The notes beneath the pieces were generated by a model, which saw only the letters and a program-made list of their open reading frames with translations, had not been told where the DNA came from and searched no databases. A stretch of 64,000 nucleotides of DNA, from the NCBI GenBank assembly GCA_002633005.1, contig NMRA01000678.1:3613-67612 (forward strand). Reading direction: 5' to 3'. Positions 36,934 to 51,900 of the stretch are shown in pieces. This DNA comes from Phoronis australis (lineage: Eukaryota; Animalia; Phoronida). Within the stretch, counting starts at the first letter, position 1. Every line of letters starts with the position of its first letter. Made by a program: the position numbers and the translations under genes.

Positions 36934-39900
36934 GTAAGCTCTCTATTCGAACTTTGAGTTCTCTTGTGTAAATTGCGTTTTGAGCTTTTCATGTAAAAAA
37001 ATGTGCCGGAGAACTGCATGGACACTGAAGTATCAAAACACATTTCCGTTATCTTGCTTGGTGGGTCAAGATTGAAAGTCATGCACGCCAAAAATGTAAT
37101 GGAAGGTAGTTGTTCAGTCGATATCAGTTACTGAATAGAAACAATTGAAATTTATTTTGGGTAATTTGAAAATATAACGTATTTGTATTGCGTCTAGGGA
37201 AATGGTACATTTACCAGTAGAAAACGCTCCAGAAATGATGAGACCGACCATGTTAAGATCTTATGTATGAAAGACAGCAGGCACATTTAACATTTTTAGA
37301 AAAACGACAGTCTTGAAATAAGGAAAAAATACTTAAACCTTCGCTTAGTGCCGCCGAACACATAAACCATGTTCAACCATTCTAGTATTTTTTCGCAAAA
37401 ACAAAAATACACTTCATCTTCAAGTAATTGAATTGAAGAAGACAATTTGGTACAAAATTATTGTCACTCTTGCAGTGCTCGGCTAGACCGGATCCTAGCA
37501 ATGAACATAGTGTCGTTGCGACTGTAAGAAGTGCTATCGAGGAAGTGAGGGAAGAATACAGGAGTGAAAAAACGGAAAACTCACGTAAGTAATGCAAATT
37601 TCATGTGTGATACAGTATTACCACTTATTTGAACAGCAGCTCATCGTAAGACACTGTCATCATATGGGGCGGGATGCGCTATGAATGACTCAGGAGACCG
37701 CCGGCCAATCTGAGTAGCTGCATACTTATTTTGATATGAGGACGGGGTAAAATTGTAGAATGGAACTCGTGTGTCTCTTATTCATTGAAGTGAACGATGA
37801 GTGATCCTTGGAGTTAGCAGCGAAATAGCAATTAAAGTTACGATAATCTCAGCTGGCAAAGCAAGTCGTGGTCACTAGATTTATCACTTAGAAGTAAGCA
37901 GCGTAAAAATACGTTTTGTACGAAAATTCACACCGTTCGCAATGGGCAATAGAGACATAATCAACGTTCCAAATCGAACGCTCAGGGTCGTAAACCTGAA
38001 TATTCGTCATGATTCATCAACTACTACGAAATGAACAGTAAACACAGCAGGCCTACTCGACATAAAAACACCTGATCCCGAGGTTTAAACTTTTTACTCG
38101 AGATATAACTTGAAATATTTTTCACATTCTCTATTCTACTTTGATACGGAATCTAATAAGCACAGAAAAAGTTCCTCGATTGGCGTAAAGGAAGTAATAT
38201 CCCACGAGACATTGTTCTGTCTAGGTCGATACGCGGAATAATGTCGAGTGGGATATTACTTCATCTACGCCAATCGATGTACGTTTTGTATTTTTCCCAT
38301 ACACTTCGAATTCCTAAGTTTCTTTCATTTTCGACAGATTTCTTAAATTCTTCAACCAGACTGTTCAGGTCAGTGGCGTATCACATCCTATATGTATGTA
38401 CTAGTAGAAACTTAGCAATTCGAAGTTATGGGATATATTCAAAAAGTACCGATATACAGTGTAGTAACGTAAATGAAGTAATATCCCACAAGAGATCATT
38501 ACCCCGCCTATCGACCGATTTCATCTACACCACTCTCAGTACGTTTTGTGTAGTTATTGTGTTCTCGAGTACATTATGGTTTACTTGGCTGACGTGTCTA
38601 AGCCCGGCGCACACTTGGTGACACCAGCATCAAAATGACACTAAAAACTGTTTTGATGTTTTCAACCAATCCTCGTTCTGTCACCTGCTAATGCATCATT
38701 AGCGTCAATCTTGAAAGATAAAGAAACATTAATCAACTAAAATATCATGCTCCCTATCTCACAAACTCGATATTATGGTCTTTAGTGTGTGGTATTTTCC
38801 CACAGTTGCCGTGTAATGCGGTAAAAGCATCGGTCACGCTTGCCCGTTTAGACGACTTTAAAAGGAGTTTTCGAATTTTTCTCCAAAGTGTTGAGGGTTG
38901 CTGAGAGTTACGAAGTATTATTTTGTTTTAGAGAACCGTGTGTGAAAGTCATTGTTGGTATCTTTTAATAGGTCAAAACAGGAATTGTTATCCTTTTAAA
39001 GCAGGTACGTTCGAGTATAAATTGGTTTACGTGAACTTGGAAGTACAAGCTTTGACTAAGTACTCGTCTGCATAAATGGTAATATACTCGGGCACATAAC
39101 AAATAAACACTAATTTTGAGAGTGTATTAAACTGGAACAGAAAATGTCAAAAGGGCCTTTCATACTAAGGTCGACGTGTCGATGTTTTGGGGAGTTGCGG
39201 TCGGTATGAACGGTTAACTTCGGTCCTGGATCGAAGTTAACATAGCTCAGAGTTCGATTTTGGAGATCAGAACTCGCGCCTTGAGGTCTTTTAAAATGAC
39301 CGTGGTCGAATGCTCAATGATTGCTATAATCGCCAATACGAGTCATAATGGCGACTTTTAATTGAAATTTTTCGATTTTTTTTCAAGTCAGAAAGGGAGT
39401 TTGAACTTTTTCGATTTTTTTCAAGTCAGAAAGGGAGTTAGTTTCATGTGACAATTGATTGCTGCGATTTTCTTATATCTCTTTCAGCTGCCACACCCGA
39501 ACTTATCAACAGCGCAGTTAGCGCCTCGCTGAAGTCATGGCCTCGATTGAAGAAAGTCTTTGACGAAGTTAAAACAAATATCGAGGAATTGTTCAGCAAA
39601 ACTGCTCCAACCAGTACGTCAACGCCTTGTCTTATTTCAAGTAGTAAATGTTTACTTTCAAGCTGCTTACAGCTTTCCTAAAAGTAGTAAGTGTTGAAAA
39701 TCTTGATTGATATGTTTCAACAATCTATAAGGCTTGTGGTAATCAGCCTGACATGGCCATCACATCAGTTGAATAACTTTTATTGGGTGGTCTTCATTAT
39801 AGCTCGTATATAAAAAAGCTAGGCTTTGTCAACTAGTAAAACTATTTTCAGGAAATACAAAATTATGTTTAGTATTTTTGTGCCATTACGTTAACACCTT

Positions 39901-42900
39901 TTTAACGCGAAAGTTCATTTCAAGAAAGGTACATTCATAGCAAAATAACCCCTCTGCCGATTTTAATGAAATTTTTTTAAACGAAAACTTTACCAGTTAC
40001 CTAAAAACGTTGTTAGGAGTTTTCGATTAGTCTTTTCATTTGGTTTCTATGACAAATCAACTAATCAACTCGCTAAACGTAAAGTATTTTTTGTAAAAAA
40101 TAGCAGTAGTATTCGTCTTCGTTACATTACTAAAAATTAGGCCTTTGTATCAAAAGTCCTGATATCAGTTTTGATATTGATGAATGAATATTGTGTGTGC
40201 AAAGTTTCAGCGAAATCCACCAAGTCGTTTTCGAGAACTTGTCCTACTCAGTTCAAATTAAGCCGATTTGCCGAAGCCGAGAAAAAAAAACAATCAAATC
40301 GTGGTGGGTGAAAGTCTCAAGGTCATCGGTTAATTATTCGATGAAAACTTGTTTTCGGTCAATATAATCTATACACCCCTTAGCTACATTCATTATTTTA
40401 ACATTCACGCGTAATGTCATCTGAATTTGCAGTGAGTAATTAACTTAATTATCACAAAACGTTCAACCAGGTCACGGGCGGAGCCAACTAATTTAGTGAT
40501 ACAAGCTGCTGCATTGTGCTTCACTTTAAAGTAGGTCAACAGTTCATTGTTAGACACACCACGCGCTGGGAGACGAAATGGGTACAGAAATCAGGTCGGT
40601 GGTTAAAGCACGTCATGAGCATGAGATCGAAACAGCAAAATGTCAAGTTACCCGAAATAATTAATTTGGGTGAGGATTTATCTCTTTTCACAAGTCGGTG
40701 TGTTCGTGAACACAAAGTCACAGGGGTGTGAGACGATTAGTACATGAGCATTTATTTCGTTCTCAACAGTCGTTTGCACGCAGATACACACCTTCTCAGG
40801 ATCAAAGCTATGTTTTCTCTTGTGTTCCCCAGCATCCTTCTATCATATGTACACGTCGTTGAGACAATATTGTTGCGACTCGGTGAATAAAAAAACTGAG
40901 GGTATAGACCCTGTTCACGCCGACAGGAGGCGCGTTCCAAAACGAGGCCCGCTACGATAGCTCTGGTAGCTTATCCGCGTAGTTGTACTCCGCGTTGCTC
41001 GAACAACTAGAAAAAATACGGACATTCTGTTTTACAATCCCTAAGGGCGTTGGGATTCGGAAGCGTTGGGTCCTTGCCATACGCCGCGACGAAGGAAAAT
41101 ATGTCCGTGTAAAATTTATAACTGTTTTCGAATCATAGTTTGTCGCATCTCGGATTGGATACCGCCGTAGCAACGAGGACCGGAGAATCTTCGGCCAGCC
41201 AGGCTGTGTTTTCATGACTATGGGTTGAAGCGCAATACATTTTTCTTTACAAAAAGGACAGGGCCCTCAATCCCTCAATTTTGGGGCCAAATATCGGCCC
41301 TATTCCCGTCTCAAAAATATTGAAAAATCACGCGAAATTCCAGGCCACGAGGCCTAAAAATCTCCTTTGTGATTAAAAATTTTTCTCCAGCGGTTCAAAT
41401 CACCTGTGACCACAGAGGTGACAATTCGAAAAAGTACAAAATCATAGGCGGATTTAGGGGGAGGGGGCAGGGGCCCGCCCCCCTTGACTGCCGCAAGCAA
41501 AATAAACCAGCAAAACGTGAAGCGGGAGGAAACTTGAACTGAGTTCGAACTAGGACCTGTAGCGGACGAGGGGGGAAACGCGTTCCGTTTTATTTTTTTA
41601 GTCCAACGACAGATTTCCTGAGCAGAAGGTATACATCCTCGGCGCCCGCAACTTCCGGGCCGCCTGCGTGCATACAATCGCGCTTTGCCCGCTTCTCCGA
41701 GGATGTCGGGCCCCCCTCACTAGGCCTATATGGTATCCTAGATCAGCCACTGAAAATGCTTCTTGAGACAGAGCTATGAGAGCTTGCAAAAGTGCGGGCT
41801 GCTATTGATGGTGGTCGGGAGGTCAGCAGAGTTTTCAATGACCCGTCACTCGGCGAAACGTTCCCCTCTCAAAAGGCCGCACACACATGAGGCACCTTTC
41901 CTCTCGGATATGAACGAGGCCTCTGAAGAAACATGATAGCTATGCTTGTTCNGAGAATTTTAAGGGGGGGGGGGACTTGGACATACCCCTTGGCTCCCCT
42001 CTAAATCCGCCACTGTGTTCTGTCCAGTTAACTGAAATTGAGCTTTAAAACGAGGTTATGCTTTGGACGAAAGAATTAGGTATTTTAATTTTAAAATTCA
42101 ACTTGGTCGAGAATGATATTTGAAAAATACATGTATAACACATGAAATAGACGTAATTATTAAAACCAAGAAAGCAGAATTGATGGTCATATAATTTTTA
42201 TTTTCAATTGCGAGCCTAGTTTTTTATCGTAATCAAAATATATATTTAATAACATCAAGTTCTATTTCAGATCAATGACAAATCAACTGTTAGTCCCGGT
42301 AGTGCCTGCCTCACCAGGACCTTGGCTATGCTTGAAGCTAATAGGCCTACTTTTGATCAACAAATTAAACCAGATGAGACTAATTGCACATGACAGCAAA
42401 ATTTTTTATCAAGAATTTTTTAGAAGAAACGTAACCCTGCATTCAGCATGATACTTAATCCGTAACACTACGATCGCCGCAATTTGGTCATACTTACTTT
42501 TCATGTTTCGAACCTAGTTTTCCGGAAAAACCTATATCTTTTCGTCAGACAACTTTTTGGTGCATTGACTTGTTCCTTAACTGTATTTTTCTACGTCTCT
42601 GTGGTTAATTATTGACACATTTTTTAAGATTTAATATTCAGGTTGGACTCCAAAGACCGGCCATTTAACTCACGCAATGTAAATTTCCGCTTTGTTCATC
42701 GCAGTGAATCTCGCTTTGGATTTTAATGTCCGCCGCGTGAATAGGTCTATAGGCTACATGCAGAGCTGCTCTGTAGTGTGCCTGGCGGGAGATTCGATAT
42801 GAGCTACAGCCCCGTAACCTTTGACCTGGCATAAACAGTAAACAAATTTCCACGTGGAAGTTCGGTTCCGAGGTGGTTCTGCTAATTCAAAATATGTTTT

Positions 42901-45900
42901 TGCTACACGGTATGTATTTCGTATTTGAAGTTTCCCCGAGAATGAAGATAAAGTATTTTGTTAGACATACGTGAAATATTATAAAAATGGACATTTTTGT
43001 GAATAAGGTTTGAGTTGATTGATATTTTTGAACAATCTCAGAATGCTTGTAGTAATCAACATGAAAGGGCCATCACAACCGTTGAATGACCCATTTTGTT
43101 AATCAATGTGTGTTGAATAACATTTTGGCGGGAACCTGCTTGAGTTTAGAGCCGTCACCTTAACCACTGAGATATTCAGCAGCTGACGAGCCGTGGCGAG
43201 TCGAAAAATGCAAATCGATTCATTGCAATGTTTATCGTTATGGGGTATCAATTGTTTTAGTGCAAATTCACATATTGTTATCTCCCTTATTTAGAGCCCA
43301 CGTGGAGTTTGGAGAATCATCACCCTCGGGGCTAACTCCCCTTGGGCCATCCATGAGGGCTATAGATTACGACTTCGCCACGTAATTATCTATATTTATA
43401 CCATGTAATCAGCATGACATGACCATTATTACATCCGCTTGCAACATTTTGACGCGGCAGGATACGAACCCACTTCACTCAAGTTTCGTGTAACGACAGC
43501 CGTCACCTTAACCGCTGAGCTTTTTAGCAGCTGACGTCATCTTACGCAATAACTTCGCATGTACAACAACCTAGTTAGCAGACGATGTTTTCACGGTGGA
43601 ATGTTAGCCTGATAACTAGATGTGTAGTAAACTAACCTATTAGCAACGTATTTTATAGATTCACTCTATAGTTATTTTGTTTAATTTTTAATTGGTTTTG
43701 AGTAAAAACGTTATTTTAACAAGAATGACTGGACGTTTCTTAAACTAAAAAGCTCACGACCTCCTACCTCGGGCCCCTGACATAAAAAGTAGTTCAGTCC
43801 AAATCCGAGGCGAGTCGAGAAAGGCGGGTCATTTCATTGCAATATTTATCGTTCAGTAAGGTGGTATAAATAGGGTTTTACATGATCTCAGTCGTTGTAC
43901 TTGCATACGAGCCAAATAATAAGGGGTTTTTGAAGCTTCATTGCGCAACGCAAAACATGTGTTTAAGATGTCATCCGTGGAACTGGAACAAGCAAAATAC
44001 TCATTTAACGCACGCATAGCTCGCACAGCAGAGCGCATTATGGCAAATTACAAGCAAAACGGCAAATAACAGTACATGTTACCATTCATGAACAAAATAG
44101 TATTCACAGCACTCATAGAACAATTTTGCGCGGTAAGACCTAGCTAACTTCATTCACAGTTGTTATTTCTTTATCTAGAGTCCTTGTGGATTTTGGAGAA
44201 TTGTTGTCCATGGGATTAACGCTCCTTCGGCGCCGGATAATTCTCTAAAATTCACTCGATTCCTAGAACACGGGGGATACGAATTCGCCATGTAATAATT
44301 TATGTCTCTCCCAAGCAACGTGTAGCGAGGTTCCGTTCGTAGCTTTAAAGAGCCATGGAACGTGCAAGCTCTGGCGTCAAAAATATCTTAATTAATTTCT
44401 GAAAAAGGACCATCTCCCAACGTCTAGTGCATAGTAGTCTAATTTCCCCTGTGAGGAAATATCCAGAAAAAATCACAAATTTCACAGTTTTTGAAATACA
44501 CGTGAAGGCAAAACGCTGCGGTTACCACAGTTTCTAATCTCCTTCCCTCTTATGATAAATGAGCGCTTGAGCTCACGATCGGTAGAAGTCAAAGGTCACA
44601 TTTTCCACACAAAGGGAATGTGCTACGTCTATGTATTGCCATAACATATAAGGAGATGTGCTTTTCCTTGTGCGAGAAAAATCGCCGAAGTGGCGGAAAG
44701 TTGACAGATCGTTTTTTGAAATTAGAAACTAAAAGAAAATGCTTCCATATCAACAGATATTAAGAACTTTAGCGAACAAATCCTAAAAATACCTGGCGAG
44801 CAGGTTGAACTTTGTTTCAGTGGCGGAGAATCGCTTTCAATATTGCAATTTAGTCTATTTATCGCGTTCAGACCCCTTTGAAAGCCTGGCATAGGCACAC
44901 TTGAAAACCGCTACATACCGAGATAATACCAGGCGATGAAAGACCTACCTGAAACACTCTTGACGACTGACTTCTTCAGTCGTAACGTGCTCTTCTTTCG
45001 TTTATCAGTCCTGTACCTCTCAGAGGGGGCCTAACCGGTGATTGGGAATCGATTGCATTTTAATTTTCTATTTTTATGCAAGTGTGATTCTACTCTTCTA
45101 GGTGGACTTTGACGACCGGTGTCAATCGTCACTCTTCCTAATTATTTAACTTTTAACTCTTTCACATTAAGGGACAATTCGGGCTACCTATTGTAGGACC
45201 TGCTCTAGGTTCCCCTTCGCTCCCTGTAAATCCCGGCACTGACACAAGATAAGCAGAGCTTGGCGAGATTAGTTTACGTAATCGGTACCACCCAGTTTTT
45301 TTAGGATTTTGTAAATAAAAGCCCACGGTGTAGTGAAACTTTGCCAGTGGTATACGAACTCTAGGAACACAGGTTTTTAAATTCGGCTAATATTTGAAGT
45401 GATCCATAAAATGGTCAATCATAATGGAAATGTATTATTTATTTCTAATTAAAATTGCGACGTACAATAACTACTTCGACCATCAAATTGTGTGTCTTTT
45501 CAGAGAACGATGAAATTGAGGTAGTCGAAGGACTTTTGAAGGCCATGCAGACCAGAGATGACGAGGCATATGTGGCATACTTACTTTATAGAGAAATGCT
45601 GCACAGAGTCAAGACTGCCGGTAAGTTTCACATCTGTATATGCTGCATTTAACCTCTGTCATTGCCTTGTGACTCCAGGCTATACTAGAATATTAGAGTC
45701 TGGTGTTCAACTTGAAAACGAGGCCACTCGGTCAGATTGTTGACCATACTAAGTTACGATATGATTTGTATGCGTATATCAATATTTCAAACAGTATCGC
45801 AATTTTCTGTATTTTCTAAAACAAAATATTAATTCAATTGCTACGAAATGAATCAAAATTCACGTTGTTCCTTTCTGGATGAGCTTGATGAGATAAGAAA

Positions 45901-48900
45901 ATCGAAGCTAAGTTGTTCAGAGAACGAAAACGAACTGTTCTGCTGAGTGACATTGTGAGCAGACGAGCATGGTCAGCCTCGCCCCCAAGCCTCAAGATGG
46001 CCCTGATCGTAAACCGATGATTTACCAAAAAATGTTAAGATTATCTGCTTTTCTAGAAGCACATTCACCATGATATCTTCAGTCTTCTCTAACCAGAAGA
46101 ACCATAGGGATCTATTGATTATTATTTATTCAAACAAATTATGTCCATGGCATATTTTCGTTGTTCTAGCCACAGTCTGATGATTGAAGTACATGTAGGC
46201 AGGCACTTGAATTTGGGCAAGAGTGAATCCCCTCTGCCCCAATGTTGTTGAAGACGAGTACCATTTCCGTCTAAGCTGTGATAAATATTCTGAATTGAGA
46301 GAAAATTATATTGAAGTGTATTACTGGAATTTCTGTCTTTTATAAGTTCATTAGGTTACTGTCAAAATGTGATGATGCTAAGTTAGTTAACCTATGTTAA
46401 TATGTATTTCATGCTTTTCGAATCCGTGATAGCTTCCTGTACTCATAAGTATGTTATATGTTCTTTATTTGTGCAGTGGGACTATGGCAGAACTAAATTG
46501 ATTGATTGGTTCATTGACTTTTGAAAATTTGCATCTGTCGATTTTATAGGAAAATAAATTTGAACTTCTGTATTTTGTAACATTCAGATATTTTTGTTTG
46601 TCGTAAACTGAATCAAGATAAACATTAAAATCGGTACCGTATACCGGTATGTGATACTTGCCTAGTCATGGTATTTGTCGAAGGTTTTTATCTCAATACC
46701 ATAAGTTAAAGACATTGAAATTAGGAGGACCAAAAAGATTGAACACATTTACAAGACCAATACAAATGAACAATGTTCTCTGGTTTTTCCTTACACAAAC
46801 TGCACATACGAAACGGCTACTCGAACTTTCCCGACAAAAAGTGACAGCGTTAAGTATTCTTTATGTAAAACGATTTTGAAACCAATTTAACTTTGAATCA
46901 TTCGTAACTGTGGGCTTTCCGCCAGTACTCGTCTGAGTTAAAGATTGAGAACTTAAAATTATCTCCTGATAATCAGGTGATGTTTTCCTGACTTAAGTTA
47001 ATTTTTACTTAAGGTTAGGATTTGTCTCGACTTCCAAATTTTGTCAAAATTAAGACAAAACTTAAGTCAAAAACTCAAAATCAAACTTAAGGCCTCTTTC
47101 TTTAAACGAATTTGAGACAAAATTTAAGTTTCATTTTAAAATTGAGCCCCTGATCTTAACCTGTACCTCGAGCAGTTTACCTACAGTCACGTGTTCACAT
47201 CACGTGACCCAGAATTACAAGACTGAAAACTGAGATGAGATTTCTGTGTTTAGGAAGAATTGCAAGTTCGTCGTGATTTGAGATGATGCTCAGCGCTAAA
47301 TTAAAATGAAACGACGTGAAGTTAAATTAGCATTATGTAGGGTTGTCTTTTTATTGGGTGATTCTTCATTTTCAGGTTTCTCATGGGAGGTCTACAACAA
47401 CCGACTCTGGCGTTTGATCTTTGTTGTCGCACCACAAATGCAGAAAACTGGTGGGAAGAGTAAGTGGTTGAACAGGTTGTTGTATTTTAATTTCATGTTC
47501 TCAGACATTTAGACCATCAATTAGTTCAACTTTCGATGTATCATTTTTTAAATCGTACTGACAAAAAGTGGAATTCTAATAATGGTAAACCCAACACTAC
47601 GTATTTGATCTTCGTTGTCAGTGTAGAAAAACAGAAAACAGGTGGAAAGAGTATGTGAACAGCTTCTTCTGTTGCATTTTAATATCACTGTCTCAGTTAT
47701 TTAAACCATCAATTAATCCAGCCTTAAGTGTATTATTTTAGATCGTCCTCTCAAAATGAAAGCCTAATAATGCAAAACCAAACGCTACGAATTTGCCTGT
47801 TTTTTACTTACAAGCGAATAAACGAGTGTTTTGAGTGTTAATTTAATTTCTTCAATACTGTTGAACCAGAGTAACTTATGTTTTATTAACCATATTATTG
47901 TTTATGCAATTTTTATTATCAGTATTTAATACATAATTTATACATTTGGAACAGTGCCGGATGGAGAAGAACTTATCAAAGCCCTCCAAGCAGATGTCAA
48001 GGGAATACGCGATGAGATTAATTGGATCACTCAGGAAGTGACCTCCAAACTTCCACAGCTTAAAAAAGGCAAGCCAATCATTTTGTATCATTTCTACTGC
48101 TAGCCACTTGACAGGCAGCGAGAAACCTTGGCTTATACAACGACAGCATTGGGAATTATTAAAATCGCCAGATCGCATTTTGCGACCTAGCCAAAATCCC
48201 AGGTCGCAATTTGGAGATCCAGCTCGCATTTGTAAATGCCAGGTCGCAAAATTTTCCCGCCATTTTTACGCGCCAAAATTTATTTTTAGACTCTCGAGAA
48301 AATGTTCAGATTATGCTCTTACCTGCAGAGTTAAATACTCACAAGTTTCAGATCGCAAAATTAACTTCGTTCACGCAGGTACGGCGTTACTCTTCTTAAC
48401 GACCGCCACTGAAAGGCCTTAGAGCGCAAGGCAAGTTGCTTACGTGAAAGTTGAATCAGTGCTTTTTATTTTACCGACAAGTGCATTCGAGTAGCTAAGT
48501 TTGCGATGTGAAAAGGGAGAAAATGGCTGTCATCAAAGTCGTTATAGATTCAAATTAACTCGGAGTGAAAATTCCCTCCACTTCATGTTCGCAGCCCAAA
48601 TTTTGCTACTTAACTCGACGTTTGAAAAACTTCTGTCGAAAAATCCGTGAAACGATGCCCTATTTGGATGCGCGGGAACAATTCAGTGCAAATTTCACCA
48701 CAAAAAATGTGGTAATTGTGCTGTTTAAGTACTCAACAAGTAGTTTTTCATCAAAAGAATAGCGTCGAAATGATTCCCGACTCCCGGCTCCGTTCGGGTC
48801 TCCATCGGAGTTGGCTCCTCAATACCTTCCAAGTACGGGAAAAATAGGTCTGTCACAAAACGACACGAAACCTTCTTTTGAAGATATACAAAAAAAACGG

Positions 48901-51900
48901 GATTTGGTTTTTACATGTTGAGAAAAGACGTTTTTTGAAAACTGAATTTGTTGTGTAAAATGACAGTGACACACCATATAAGCTGCGTGTCAATTTTAAA
49001 CCACGCGCTGTCGTTTGTAATGCGCTATGATGGGCGCTAGCCTGAACTGTGGGCGCTTAATTGGAAATTCTCAAAATTTAAGGGGAAACTCTTTGTAGAT
49101 CAGTGAGCGCTTATTATGAAACACTTCAAAGGTAGGGAGTAGGCTTGTGCGCGAGCATAGTCGTTAACCTTAGTGTTAGCGGTAATAAGATATTAAAACA
49201 CTGCAATGGTAAGAGACTCCGTCTAGTAGGGATGACTTTCTGGATATCGTTACCACCTACACTGCAGGCCTATCCTTTTTAGCCACCCGGAATAATTTTG
49301 TTTTTAATCACCCGCTTCAGCCGGAAAAAGATTGTTTCTATTGAAGTCTGAACGTTTTACGGCGACGGTGGTTTGGGGAGCGAAAAGTTGCCGGGGGAGG
49401 TGTATGAAGAGAACAATAAAAAGTTCGCTCGCCACAATTTCGCATCTAGTACACGTTTAGTTGCAATAGCTAGGTTAATTAAAAAGCTCAATATTTCTTC
49501 TTGGTGTTTTATTTTTTGCCGCAACCAAGGAGGGGGAAGGCCGGGCCCCCTAACCCCCCTATGCGTACCACTACATGTAAATACTGATCGTTGCGTGTCT
49601 TGCGCACATTCTGGTGCAGGCATGAGCTAGCTCAAAACACCAGCGACACCTTGAGTGATTCACGTACCGGGAATTTCTGTAGATAAGCCCATGGGCGTGT
49701 ATTCGGAAAATGAAAAGTTTCAGGTGGTTTAGCAACACCAAATAAACCCCCCGGCGTTTATTCGGAAAAGGTGGCGTGTAAACGGAAAGCCATAGTTTTG
49801 CTTGACTTGCCACTCTTTCACTTAAAACTGCGCTTTTAATTTTTTGTTAATAAATGCATAGTTCACCAACGCCTTGTTCGTTTTCATAAATAATGTATGC
49901 TCCACAAAACTGAATTTGTGAGAAAAAGTTGACGCTGAGTGGGCTTTTAAGAGAAAAAATTCCAAATAAATGTCCCACTGTCTAGACTTGTCACCACAAG
50001 TTGTAATACCAAATAAACGCCCAAGGGCGTTTCATCGGGAGGGCTTATCTGCGGAAAACCCCGGCACGATCTTCCTGAATCACAAGTCCCCTGTAATGCT
50101 CGGCGATACCTGGGGTGAGATTGTTTTGGATCTTGACCACGATGAAAAAAATGCTCTTGTGTTCATATTGTTAAATAAATTTGTCCCTGACAACCAAACG
50201 ACAGATGGCGATGTTTTTTGATATCAGGCTCAACACCTGCTACACACGGCAGTTTTTATATCTATTTGCAAGTTCAATTATTTCTTTGTAGACGATCTGC
50301 CACCCCCCGTCGAGGTTTTCAAGGAGATAGCCGTCATGGAGTACGTGACTGATAAGATTTCAATCGACATCTATAACCTCAGCAGAAGCGTTGTAGCCTT
50401 AAATGGTAAGTTGAATTTGTGACATCGCACCTTTAGTTTTCTGAGTCTCTTTTCACAACATGTATTACAACTGTTCATCATAACTACAATCTATACTTAA
50501 CTATTCAATTACTCCTGTCTGAAATTTAAGAGAGTAGTAAACCAAAAGTTTGAACGTAATTCAGCAAAACTTCACAACTCAATTTTCAAGTTAAAAGATT
50601 TATATGTAACCGTTGAACAATGTCAAATTTTGGCCATCTTCGGAATCTTCATATAGCATGTATGTCAGAAATGACTGATACCAAGACAAAGCTTTGACTA
50701 CACGTTAAACGCGAACTCGAACGTGTGAGGTCGTCCTTCGTTGCTTACTGTGTCACTACGTTGACCGGCATTTTCGGGTTCATTCATACCGCACCCGGAC
50801 GGCTGTAACAACGTGAAAACAAGTAATCTCACATAAGAGTGCAACGTGAATTTTAATTGGCGGTTGTTTGCAACAAATGATTTAATTAATGCAACATTTT
50901 AATGTTTTTATAAATTTTAGCTTTCAGTTCCAAGATATGGTGTAGTTTATTGCACGTGTCTTTCTAGGTTGAATGTTTGAAATGTGAACCTTTTTTGAGG
51001 CCTTCCTCGAGCTACTTGTTCTTAGAAAAGCCAGTATATTCAGGCGCCTATTTCTCAATTTCGGTAATCTTTCTTGAAAGCAAATGAGAGGAATGCTTTG
51101 ATCGGAAATGTTCAAAACACAACTGAGCTTGTGAATCAAACACAAAGCTTTTTACATTTTGCCCTAAATCACTTTTATGGCTAGAAAAATGACAACATAG
51201 AATTTTGATACCTGGAATATTCTTTACCGCAGAATACAATGATGTCACTGCGGTCGTAGCTAATTTGATCTTTTCCCTTGACCCTTCGCCCCCTACTTTA
51301 CACTCCACCCCCAGTCGCCATCTATTTCTAGCACCCGTATCCCTCTTCTGGCGCCAGTGAGCAAATTCCCACTCCCCCGACAGGACCTTGAGACACCTGT
51401 GATTGGTACTTCTGTAGCCAAGGGGAGGGACAAAGCTAGACGAGATACCTCTGCTCATTTCAAATTAGACTTTTACGGTCAAAACTCAGTCAATTTTGCT
51501 TTCCCTTTTCATTTTCAAAGTGTTTTCAAGTCTCCCCCTGCCCGTCGACAAACATTGATTTGTTTACCTTCTGATGACTTGGTCAAACTGCTCTGCAATT
51601 CAGAATCACGGATATTATTTTCAAAATTTTATTAATCATCCTGACATTAACAAAACACAACACGTGTCTTTGTTGTGCAAACAGTGGATGAACATGTACA
51701 TAAAACACAGAGATTAACTTAATGAAACAGAACCCCGCTCGTCGGTCATTATTTGAATGTTTGGTTGACTGTTTTTGGCGGATTATCATCCACATCGAAC
51801 ATGAGCAAGTGCTGTAAGTCCAATTCATCTTCAAATAGCGTCAAGAACCAACAGATGAGTAATAGCCTTTCATTTTTGTTGAATCAAGTGACACCACTTA

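Noticed and set aside
39367-39440. About 39-bp direct duplication upstream of exon G1
   Set aside because: Simple local slippage duplication (or assembly artefact) with no sign of function.
47306-47512. ORF MKRREVKLALCRVVFLLG... as the start of a separate gene
   Set aside because: The paralogous position (25316-25388) is not open in that frame; a good acceptor at 47375 joins in phase to exon H1, and a better signal-peptide exon exists at 36886.
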